Source of the DNA: a virus
Taxonomy: Duplodnaviria; Caudoviricetes
Direction: 5' to 3' (one strand)
Length of the DNA stretch: 64,000 nt
Virus record (IMG/VR): IMGVR_UViG_3300032227_000318
Location: 46,482-110,481 of that record
The notes beneath the pieces were generated by a model that saw nothing but the letters and a program-made list of their open reading frames with translations, was not told the DNA's origin and did not search any database. Of this stretch, positions 28,052 to 35,032 are shown piece after piece (the first letter of the stretch is position 1; every line of letters starts with the position of its first letter). The position numbers and the translations under genes were made by a program.

Positions 28052-28495
28052 TTATGACTTCTTCCCCATAGAGGCCTTGATCATCCAGTTCAGCTTTGAA
28101 TGCGCTGTGATACGGTCTTGAAGGAAATTAGACAGTGCATAGACCTTTTGTTCTTCGGCCATCTCATAGGTCTCAACAACCACGTTCATTAAATTCTCAT
28201 TGCAAGTAAATAGGTTACTCAACATGAAAGCTGCGGTTGGAATCTTTTCGTCTTCAGATATGATTGATAGCTCCTTCATACGTGTTAACGTCTGAGGCGC
28301 AAAAGCATCCAACTGACGGATATGTTCCGCTAGTGGATCTACTGCTCCCTGATAGTCTTCATAGATAGTGGCAAAGAATTCATGGAGCTGAGGAAAATCA
28401 GAACCAATAACGTTCCAGTGGTATGCTTGTGCTTTTAGTCCTGCTGCAAAGGTTGATGCTAAAACAACCTTCAACTTTTCTACTAGTTCTTCCAT
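28052..28495 (-). CDS. dps: Dps-like ferritin
   Basis: HWNVIGSDFPQLHEFF...D.LAEHIR...WM. Confidence 0.9.
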   Translation of the reverse strand: MEELVEKLKVVLASTFAAGLKAQAYHWNVIGSDFPQLHEFFATIYEDYQGAVDPLAEHIRQLDAFAPQTLTRMKELSIISEDEKIPTAAFMLSNLFTCNENLMNVVVETYEMAEEQKVYALSNFLQDRITAHSKLNWMIKASMGKKS

Positions 28496-28526
28496 TATAT
28501 TCTCCTAATATACATCTTTATATTAA

Positions 28527-28618
28527 TGGCGGAAGGTAAGGGATTTGAACCCTTGGTACCTCTTGCGAAGTACGACGGTTTAGCAAACCGCTGCTTTCGA
28601 CCGCTCAGCCAACCTTCC
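28527..28618 (-). tRNA. tRNA-Ser(GCT)
   Basis: Cloverleaf, long variable arm, encoded CCA. Confidence 0.9.
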
Positions 28619-28619
28619 T

Positions 28620-29069
28620 TTATTCTGTAATCTCTATGTATGTATTATACTTGCCATACTCATTTACGATGTGATACAACCAACGTGCATTCTGAGGGCT
28701 AAGACGAACACAACCGTGTGATGCAGGCCGACCAAGCTTCTTTACTTCTGTTGTTGCGTGAATTGCATAACCGCCGTGAAAGAAGATAGAGTGCGGCATC
28801 GGTGCATTGTCATACTTAGATGAATAGTGCATCTTCTTTACAAGATATGGTTGATACACACCAATCGGTGTACGATATCCCTTGCGTCCAGTAGAAACAT
28901 CCCACTCATAATAATCTGTAGGAGTCTCTACATACATTTTCTGGTCGGACTTATCAACGCGAATGATCACTTCATGCTCACCAAGAGGTTCAACGCCAGC
29001 TTTAACACCTGTAGCCAGCATAAAGATTGCCGCGGCCATCACAGCCAACATAACAAAAAACTTAGTCAT
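28620..29069 (-). CDS. L,D-transpeptidase (YkuD family) with signal peptide
   Basis: VSTG, AIHAT...ASHGCVRL. Confidence 0.9.
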   Translation of the reverse strand: MTKFFVMLAVMAAAIFMLATGVKAGVEPLGEHEVIIRVDKSDQKMYVETPTDYYEWDVSTGRKGYRTPIGVYQPYLVKKMHYSSKYDNAPMPHSIFFHGGYAIHATTEVKKLGRPASHGCVRLSPQNARWLYHIVNEYGKYNTYIEITE

Positions 29070-29567
29070 TTATTCTACCTTCGTTTGCGGTAAATGTTGA
29101 ATAGCGTCTTTGTAACGGTCAGCACAGTAAGATGCTGCCCACGCATTTGGCTTCACTAGCGGCACAATGTTACACATACCACGAATGTAGCCAACAGCTT
29201 CATTTATAACACAGCTTGAACCATGCTTCATGTCTGGATTAATGTCAAGATGGATTTCAGTTTCACGATCTTCTAGAACGTCATAAAGATCCATGTATAG
29301 TTGAGCCGTCTTCATCACTTCATTCATCAGACGCATACGAGGCTTATCTTTCTGCTGATCATAGTCACGTTCACGGACAATGCCACCAAATACCTTACAA
29401 CCGTTCTTGCCGTTCTTATGAACAACGACAACGTTGATGTAGTCGGCATGCCAAACACCATCAATCTGAAAACGTTCAGAGTCGCCACCTAGATATATCT
29501 TTGTTTCGGGAGTTTGTTCTTGAATGAACGCACGAACTTCGTCCAGGTTCATGTTCTTTCTGATCAT
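29070..29567 (-). CDS. RNase H-like YkuK/DUF458 protein
   Basis: YLGGDS, EIHLDIN, AASYCAD. Confidence 0.75.
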   Translation of the reverse strand: MIRKNMNLDEVRAFIQEQTPETKIYLGGDSERFQIDGVWHADYINVVVVHKNGKNGCKVFGGIVRERDYDQQKDKPRMRLMNEVMKTAQLYMDLYDVLEDRETEIHLDINPDMKHGSSCVINEAVGYIRGMCNIVPLVKPNAWAASYCADRYKDAIQHLPQTKVE

Positions 29568-29578
29568 TGTTAAGTTCC

Positions 29579-29962
29579 TTAAAAGACCTTCTTTGCTATC
29601 GATGAATAACTTTTTGGATGAACTCCATCAGCACTAGCGAACGAAGATAAGTATACAACACCATCGCCATGTTGTCTAGCGATATTTAGAGCAATCTTTC
29701 TTGCTTTTGCGTTGTTATTGGAAAGAATCCAAATAACTTTACCAGATATTTTGTTTCTGAGGATATTAAGGTATTTGGAAAAATCTGCATTACCATCATT
29801 TGATCCGAGAGATATGACAGTAGTTTTTGAGGAAGGAATATATTTGTAAGAAACTACAAAGTTTTTGCTGTTTATGCCGACCTTTGCTATAGTCTTACAC
29901 TGCGGAGTAACAGAACCAACGCCAACAGCAATACTGTCGCCCAATATTAAACAATCAATCAT
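29579..29962 (-). CDS. SGNH/GDSL hydrolase
   Basis: GDSIA, LGSND, DGVHP. Confidence 0.8.
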   Translation of the reverse strand: MIDCLILGDSIAVGVGSVTPQCKTIAKVGINSKNFVVSYKYIPSSKTTVISLGSNDGNADFSKYLNILRNKISGKVIWILSNNNAKARKIALNIARQHGDGVVYLSSFASADGVHPKSYSSIAKKVF

Positions 29963-29978
29963 TGTTAAGTTCCTATAA

Positions 29979-30052
29979 TGGTGCCTCTATCCAGAATCGA
30001 ACTGGAGCCAATCCCCTACCAAAGGATTGTTCTACCACTATACTATAGAGGC
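29979..30052 (-). tRNA. tRNA-Thr(GGT)
   Basis: Cloverleaf with CCA. Confidence 0.9.
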
Positions 30053-30058
30053 AGTGAT

Positions 30059-30135
30059 TGGTGCGCCTGGAGAGACTCGAACTCCCAACATCCGGTTTCT
30101 AAGACCGGCGCCTCTACCAATTGGACTACAAGCGC
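30059..30135 (-). tRNA. tRNA-Leu(TAG), short variable loop
   Basis: Cloverleaf with CCA, 77 nt. Confidence 0.85.
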
Positions 30136-30140
30136 GTTAA

Positions 30141-30216
30141 TGGTGCGAGATGAGAGGGTCGAACTCCCGACATCCTGCGTGTAAAACAGGCGCTACTACC
30201 ACTGAGCTAATCTCGC
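30141..30216 (-). tRNA. tRNA-Val(TAC)
   Basis: Cloverleaf with CCA. Confidence 0.9.
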
Positions 30217-30223
30217 GTTAATT

Positions 30224-30297
30224 TGGAGCGGGTAGCGGGAATCGAACCCGCGCACTCTCCTTGGCAAGGAGAAAGGCTACCATTACATCATACCAGC
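30224..30297 (-). tRNA. tRNA-Gly(GCC)
   Basis: Cloverleaf with CCA; one acceptor mismatch. Confidence 0.85.
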
Positions 30298-30315
30298 TTA
30301 CTCTATATTTATAAT

Positions 30316-30391
30316 TGGTGCGTCATGGTAGAATCGAACTACCTTTTCCGGCTTATGAGACCAGCGGGATGTCCATCACCCCCCAAGACGC
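30316..30391 (-). tRNA. tRNA-Met/Ile2(CAT)
   Basis: Cloverleaf with CCA. Confidence 0.8.
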
Positions 30392-30515
30392 ATTTACTTA
30401 TGATTCTTGCCAAACCAAGATATTTCTTTTATTCTTGGTCCCATTGCTATCGCAGAAGCAAGACATGCTTTATATATGGCGTCATATAGTTCTTTGCTCA
30501 TGTTTATTTCCTAAA

Positions 30516-30593
30516 TGGTGCAAGGTCTTGGAATCGAACCAAGTTCTTCCGCTCTTCAGGCGGACGCTGAATTACCAAACTAGCTCACCTTGC
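30516..30593 (-). tRNA. tRNA-Phe(GAA)
   Basis: Cloverleaf with CCA; 5' end overlaps the upstream endonuclease ORF. Confidence 0.9.
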
Positions 30594-31207
30594 ATTATTC
30601 TATTATACTCGTTTTTCTCAATAATTACAATCTTTTTTTCTGGGTGCTGTTTCAGAACTGCTTCCATCTTTCTCTTATCATCGCCCCACCAGTAACCTTT
30701 TATCTCAAGGAATATATCTTGATCTATCAATTGTAGATCAGGCGTGTACGATTTTTTCTTGCCGTCCAATTCATATTCCCAAACATCTCTATGAACAGCA
30801 GGTTTATACCAATCAATTCCTAACTCATCAAGTTTCTTGGCTATGTTTAGTTCCCAAGTGCCTTGTAGTTTCTGTCCTTTATATTCAAACCATTTACATT
30901 TACCGCCACGATTCTTTACACTCTGTTCAACAGACAATCTTTTACGAGCTTCTTCCCCCATTCTTGTCGGAACAAATGAACCATTAGCTATCTTAGCCTG
31001 TATTGTCTGGCTGTTTTTCTCAGCAGTTCTTCGTATTTCTTCAGAAGTTTCTTTAGTCAGCCCTTTTCTGTGGCTAGGACGACCTTTAGATTTGCTTCCT
31101 GTTTTTTGTCCGTGAGCAACGCCGTCTTTTGAATGCGATCTCCAAACATGAGCAACCTTAGCTTTATCGCTCTTTAGTTCTTTGTTACATATTGGGCAAT
31201 AGATCAT
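30572..31207 (-). CDS. Putative homing endonuclease (C2H2 finger plus PD-(D/E)xK domain)
   Basis: CPIC...H...H; YTPD...FLEIKGY. Confidence 0.75.
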   Translation of the reverse strand: MIYCPICNKELKSDKAKVAHVWRSHSKDGVAHGQKTGSKSKGRPSHRKGLTKETSEEIRRTAEKNSQTIQAKIANGSFVPTRMGEEARKRLSVEQSVKNRGGKCKWFEYKGQKLQGTWELNIAKKLDELGIDWYKPAVHRDVWEYELDGKKKSYTPDLQLIDQDIFLEIKGYWWGDDKRKMEAVLKQHPEKKIVIIEKNEYNRIMQGELVW

Positions 31208-31234
31208 AGTTCCTCCTATGATCTATTTATATAA

Positions 31235-31269
31235 CAGGCGTATGTACGCACCAGCTATACCAAGGCAGC
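31235..31269 (-). pseudogene. Truncated tRNA 5' half (Phe-like), ends at G34
   Basis: gctgcct-tg-gtat-agctggtgc-gtac-a-tacgc-ctg, then late promoter. Confidence 0.7.
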
Positions 31270-31275
31270 AGTTAT

Positions 31276-31422
31276 TCAATCACGAAGCAACTGAGGAGCT
31301 GATTCCGTCAAGTTCTTCTTTTCGTATTCTGCAAGTTTAATAGAGTATTGTTCGTTTGTCAACCCATGCCAACCGATACACTTACCAGTCGGACTTCTTC
31401 CACAACCACAATCTTTAGACAT
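31276..31422 (-). CDS. 48-aa CDGSH-like Fe-S/zinc protein
   Basis: CGCGRSPTGKCIGWH; GAGG SD (manual translation). Confidence 0.55.
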   Translation of the reverse strand: MSKDCGCGRSPTGKCIGWHGLTNEQYSIKLAEYEKKNLTESAPQLLRD

Positions 31423-31442
31423 TTATAACCTCATTCGTTAAA

Positions 31443-31530
31443 TGGCGGAAGGTGTAGGATTCGAACCCACGGAACCTTTCGGTTCTTCGCATTTCAAGTG
31501 CGATGCAATAGACCACTCTACCAACCTTCC
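31443..31530 (-). tRNA. tRNA-Ser(TGA)
   Basis: Cloverleaf, variable arm, CCA. Confidence 0.9.
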
Positions 31531-31695
31531 AATTTCGATGCGATTTCTTAAAGTGGTTACGCCCTCCACTATTGTGATAAACGAGAGTTTCCAGTCAAGT
31601 ACAGTCCACTCACAAACCTCTAGCTGCGGGATGACGGAACGCAGTACTTGCCGCCATGATGTATATATTACACTAAATCCCGCATATTGTCAAGT

Positions 31696-32055
31696 CTACC
31701 TTTTCTTCTTCCCTAAGATTTCAACCTTGACTGTGCAAATTCCACCGCAACCAATCTTTCTAGCTGCTGCTCTTGATAGGTCTAAATGTCTGCCTCTAAT
31801 GAATGGGCCCCTATCATTTATTACTACTATTACTGATCTTCCTTTGTGTGTAACCCTAAGTCTTGTGCCAAAGGGTAGTGTCTTATGTGCTGCTGTTAAA
31901 GCATTTGGATTGAATCTTTGCCCGCTTGCAGTGATTTTATTTCTACTACATTCACCAGGCTTAGCGCAATCGTACCATGATGCTTTCATAGTAGACGCAT
32001 AACTGGGCGCTGCAATTAAAAATAATGCAGCTAAGGTTGTTACTAATAGTTTCAT
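31696..32055 (-). CDS. rlpA: RlpA-like DPBB lytic transglycosylase
   Basis: ASWY, TASG, TAAHKTLPFGT, INDRGPF, DLS. Confidence 0.9.
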   Translation of the reverse strand: MKLLVTTLAALFLIAAPSYASTMKASWYDCAKPGECSRNKITASGQRFNPNALTAAHKTLPFGTRLRVTHKGRSVIVVINDRGPFIRGRHLDLSRAAARKIGCGGICTVKVEILGKKKR

Positions 32056-32071
32056 TATAGTTTTCCTTTAG

Positions 32072-32165
32072 TGGAGCATCTGACAGGATTCGAACCTGCA
32101 TCGGATATTTCTATCCACGTCCAGTTACCTTACTCTCCGTTCGTAGCGGAGGGGGCTACAGATGC
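32072..32165 (-). tRNA. Atypical tRNA-Arg(ACG)-like RNA: no canonical D arm, very long variable region
   Basis: 7-bp acceptor, CTCCG-ctACGaa-CGGAG, canonical T arm, CCA. Confidence 0.7.
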
Positions 32166-32171
32166 ATAGTT

Positions 32172-32246
32172 TGGAGGGGCTAACCAGATTTGAACTGATA
32201 CCTCAAGGATTTGCAATCCCGTGCATTACCGTTTTGCTATAGCCCC
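32172..32246 (-). tRNA. tRNA-Cys(GCA)
   Basis: Cloverleaf, U73, CCA. Confidence 0.9.
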
Positions 32247-32250
32247 GTAT

Positions 32251-32324
32251 TGGCTGCTCATCATGGATTCGAACCACAATACCCTGAGTCAGAGTCAGGA
32301 GTCCTACCGTTAGACGAATGAGCA
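32251..32324 (-). tRNA. tRNA-Gln(CTG)
   Basis: Cloverleaf with CCA. Confidence 0.9.
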
Positions 32325-32329
32325 ACAAA

Positions 32330-32403
32330 TGGTACTGCCTAGTGGAATCGAACCACCGTATTGCGTTCCACAGACGCACGTTCTACCATTGAACTAAGAC
32401 AGC
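32330..32403 (-). tRNA. tRNA-His(GTG), no G-1, U72/A73
   Basis: Cloverleaf with CCA. Confidence 0.9.
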
Positions 32404-32408
32404 ATGAT

Positions 32409-32485
32409 TGGTTGCGGGTGTGAGTGCTGCCCTCACTATCTCCGGCTTATGAGACCGGCGGCTTATCTACCTTGCCCTACCCACT
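32409..32485 (-). tRNA. tRNA-fMet-like (CAT), degenerate T loop
   Basis: A1xA72 mismatch, CAT anticodon, T loop GGCAGCA. Confidence 0.65.
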
Positions 32486-32528
32486 TTATTTCTTATAGAT
32501 TCTGAAATCTTTTTCTTTGTTAATGAAT

Positions 32529-32603
32529 TGGTAGAGCATACGGGAGTCGAACCCGTCTCTCATCCTTGAAAGGGATGTGACCTAACCGATAGTCGAATGC
32601 TCC
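32529..32603 (-). tRNA. tRNA-Glu(TTC)
   Basis: Cloverleaf with CCA. Confidence 0.9.
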
Positions 32604-32604
32604 A

Positions 32605-32679
32605 TGGAGAACCCTCTGGGATTCGAACCCAGGACAGACGGATTAAAAGCCCGCTACTCTACCACTGAGTTAAGGGTTC
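32605..32679 (-). tRNA. tRNA-Lys(TTT)
   Basis: Cloverleaf with CCA. Confidence 0.9.
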
Positions 32680-32684
32680 ATTGT

Positions 32685-32758
32685 TGGCTGGGAGACTAGG
32701 ATTCGAACCTAGATAGCAGGAATCAAAATCCTGCGTCCTACCTTTAGACGATCTCCCA
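32685..32758 (-). tRNA. tRNA-Gln(TTG)
   Basis: Cloverleaf with CCA. Confidence 0.9.
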
Positions 32759-32764
32759 ATGAAA

Positions 32765-32838
32765 TGGTAGTTCCTACTGGTTTCGATCCAGTGATGCGCG
32801 GTTATCGGCCGCGAGTTTTACCATTAAACTAAGGAACC
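32765..32838 (-). tRNA. tRNA-Ile(GAT)
   Basis: Cloverleaf with CCA; C33 and ATCGAAA T loop; overlaps the end of the HNH ORF. Confidence 0.85.
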
Positions 32839-33318
32839 ATATTTCTTTTTTCTATCTCTGCCTCGCCATGTGGTAGTTTGACTGTGGCAGTTTGGACAAA
32901 GACATTCTAAATTTTCTCTATTGTTATTAGTTCTAATGCCGTCTTTGTGTTCAAGTTCAAGTGTTAATGGCTGATCTAACCATCGGTCATTACCACATCT
33001 ATTACACTTGAAATTCTGTTCTTCTAAGACTTTTAGACGAATGGCCGCTCTGCTTTTGAAATCCGTGGTATCTCTATTCTTTCTTAGAATAGCATAATGC
33101 TCACTGAAAGCTACATTCGGCCCTATTTTCACACCTTTGTTCCAAGCAGTTCTCTCGCCTGTCTTAAAGGCGTGATTAGGATCAAAGTCAATACCCCTAA
33201 TCTTTTTCTTTATAGGTCCGATACAAGCATCCACATGTCTATCAAAGTTATTTACGGTGATGTTTCTATCACATTTATCACAGTGTTTAGTTGGCTTTTT
33301 ACTCATAGTTGTCTCCAT
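32824..33318 (-). CDS. HNH homing endonuclease
   Basis: CNRCG...LELEHKDG...NN..NL..LCPNCHSQT. Confidence 0.9.
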   Translation of the reverse strand: METTMSKKPTKHCDKCDRNITVNNFDRHVDACIGPIKKKIRGIDFDPNHAFKTGERTAWNKGVKIGPNVAFSEHYAILRKNRDTTDFKSRAAIRLKVLEEQNFKCNRCGNDRWLDQPLTLELEHKDGIRTNNNRENLECLCPNCHSQTTTWRGRDRKKKYGSLV

Positions 33319-33339
33319 AGTAGCACATCTATTTAGTAA

Positions 33340-33371
33340 AAGCGCCTACTCTACCATTGAGCTACAAGCCA
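33340..33371 (-). pseudogene. Truncated tRNA 5' half (Ile-like), ends in the anticodon loop
   Basis: tggcttg-ta-gctc-aatggta-gagt-a-ggcgc-tt, then TACTAAATA. Confidence 0.7.
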
Positions 33372-33497
33372 ATATATTCCGTACACCTTGCAGGTTTAGC
33401 CCTTTCGCGAACTGAGTCAGCAATCCTGCATTCGTAAGCTTTCCCTCATGTTGGGCTTACTAGGTCTCCCCTGTCTTATCTAGAAAGACGGGTAATT

Positions 33498-33583
33498 TGG
33501 TGGGTGAGAAAGGATTCGAACCTTCTAAGTCATAGACAACGGATTTACAGTCCGCCACAACACGCCGTCGTTGCCGCTCACCC
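33498..33583 (-). tRNA. tRNA-Tyr(GTA)
   Basis: Cloverleaf, variable arm, CCA. Confidence 0.9.
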
Positions 33584-33592
33584 GAACAAGTA

Positions 33593-33769
33593 TTATTCTT
33601 TTTCTGGCCACTGAACTATTAAGTTTGGGTCAGTAACCTTTACATCATTAATACGAATGCCACCCTGTTCAATCAATCGTCTAGCTGCACTCTTGCTTTT
33701 TGCAAATCCAGCAGCAATAACTATGTCGACTAACGAAACAGTTCTTGGTACAGTTATTTCAGGTAACAT
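33593..33769 (-). CDS. 58-aa stand-alone S4 RNA-binding domain resembling the TyrRS C-terminal domain
   Basis: LVDIVIAAGFAKSKSAARRLIEQGGIRINDVKVTD; AGGAG SD (manual translation). Confidence 0.8.
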   Translation of the reverse strand: MLPEITVPRTVSLVDIVIAAGFAKSKSAARRLIEQGGIRINDVKVTDPNLIVQWPEKE

Positions 33770-33860
33770 TGTATTCTCCTAAAAAGCGCCAACCTCACAG
33801 TTATTCGGCTGGCTGTTTGACATTCATGACGCGCATCACTGCTACGTAGTCAGATCAAAT

Positions 33861-33943
33861 TGGTGCCAAGGGAGGGAATCGAACCCCCGATGTTTGTATG
33901 CCTCCTTACAAGAGAGGTGCTGTCGCCGCTGAGCCACCTTGGC
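33861..33943 (-). tRNA. tRNA-Thr(TGT) with ~12-nt variable region
   Basis: Cloverleaf with CCA; G1 is the last base of the HNH stop codon. Confidence 0.8.
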
Positions 33944-34359
33944 TAATAACTTTTACCTTCAGCATATCGCTGTCTTCTATAGTGTCTGCCATTACCTTTA
34001 TTTGCGCCTTTGTAAGTTGGCGTTTGTGAATGGCAGTTTGGACAAATCAAACATAGATTTTCTATGTTGTTATTCTCACTGTTGCCGTCTTTATGTTCTA
34101 AATCAAATACGATTGATTTATTGTTCCATTCAGTTATACCACAAGTATAGCATTTGTTGCCGTATGTGTCAATGATATATTTTTTTATCTGTCTTTTACC
34201 AGGAACAACACCCTCTTCAAGCCAATTTTTTATCTTGTCTTTACGAGTATATTCATGTTGACACTTTTGTGAACAATATTTACCAGTAGATGAATATACA
34301 TTTCTTACTGTGTGTTCTTTATTACAATTTTGACAGACTATGATTCCTGATTTACCCAT
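33943..34359 (-). CDS. HNH homing endonuclease
   Basis: CQNC..YCSQKC; CYTCG...LEHKDGN..NN..NLCLICPNCHSQT. Confidence 0.9.
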   Translation of the reverse strand: MGKSGIIVCQNCNKEHTVRNVYSSTGKYCSQKCQHEYTRKDKIKNWLEEGVVPGKRQIKKYIIDTYGNKCYTCGITEWNNKSIVFDLEHKDGNSENNNIENLCLICPNCHSQTPTYKGANKGNGRHYRRQRYAEGKSY

Positions 34360-34419
34360 GTTATACCTCTATGTTTTGGTATAACTATTTATAATACACA
34401 AATGTTCTACCATTTGGAT

Positions 34420-34494
34420 TGGTGGAGGATAACGGAATCGAACCGTTTTCTCTGCCGTGCAAAGGCAGCGTTTCCCCAATAGCACTGATCCCCC
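34420..34494 (-). tRNA. tRNA-Ala(TGC)
   Basis: G3:U70 pair, CCA. Confidence 0.9.
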
Positions 34495-34568
34495 GTTATT
34501 TACATGCACAAATCTTCATAAAGGACAGTATGTTTCCTGTGTGTGGCAAGATCACCATCACGATCATC

Positions 34569-34597
34569 ATTGTACCACAGCGTGGTAAAAAAGTCAA
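34569..34597 (-). promoter_or_regulatory. Internal sigma70 promoter TTGACT-N17-TACAAT
   Basis: Near-consensus hexamers and spacing. Confidence 0.6.
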
Positions 34598-34630
34598 CTA
34601 TAATATCAAACATTCTATTTCCTTTTGTAT

Positions 34631-34704
34631 TGGCACCAGTGCAAGGATTCGAACCCTGACAAGCAGTTTTGGAGGCTGCCGTGCTACCGTTACACTACAC
34701 TGAT
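34631..34704 (-). tRNA. tRNA-Trp(CCA)
   Basis: Cloverleaf with CCA. Confidence 0.9.
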
Positions 34705-34710
34705 ATGAAT

Positions 34711-34787
34711 TGGTCGGAGTGGTAGGATTCGAACCCACGACCCTTCGCTCCCAAAGCGAATGCTCTACCAGACTGAGCCACACTCCG
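34711..34787 (-). tRNA. tRNA-Pro(TGG)
   Basis: Cloverleaf with CCA. Confidence 0.9.
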
Positions 34788-34793
34788 TTATAC

Positions 34794-34867
34794 TGGCGAC
34801 CTATGCGAGACTCAAACTCGCTACACCTCTTAGACAGAGAGGTGTGATATCCATTCACTAATAGGCC
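34794..34867 (-). tRNA. tRNA-Asp(GTC)
   Basis: Cloverleaf, G73, CCA. Confidence 0.85.
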
Positions 34868-34873
34868 TTGAAT

Positions 34874-34948
34874 TGGAGAACCAGGTGAGAATTGAACTCA
34901 CGACACGCGGGTTAAGAGGTCGCTACTCTACCACTGAGTTACTGGTCC
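34874..34948 (-). tRNA. tRNA-Lys(CTT)
   Basis: Cloverleaf with CCA; weak anticodon stem. Confidence 0.8.
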
Positions 34949-34954
34949 TTGAAT

Positions 34955-35030
34955 TGGCTGGATAGCTTGGATTCGAACCAAGGACATCCTCGTTAACAGC
35001 GAGGCGCTCTACCGCTGGAGCTACTATCCA
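34955..35030 (-). tRNA. tRNA-Asn(GTT)
   Basis: Cloverleaf with CCA. Confidence 0.9.
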
Positions 35031-35032
35031 AT

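Noticed and set aside
30594-31234. Group I intron in tRNA-Phe (likewise in tRNA-Ile)
   Set aside because: The upstream half cannot pair with the downstream acceptor strand, the downstream tRNA is complete by itself, and there is no room for a ribozyme core
33385-33430. Hammerhead ribozyme
   Set aside because: CUGACUC and UAAA do not match the required CUGANGA and GAAA core
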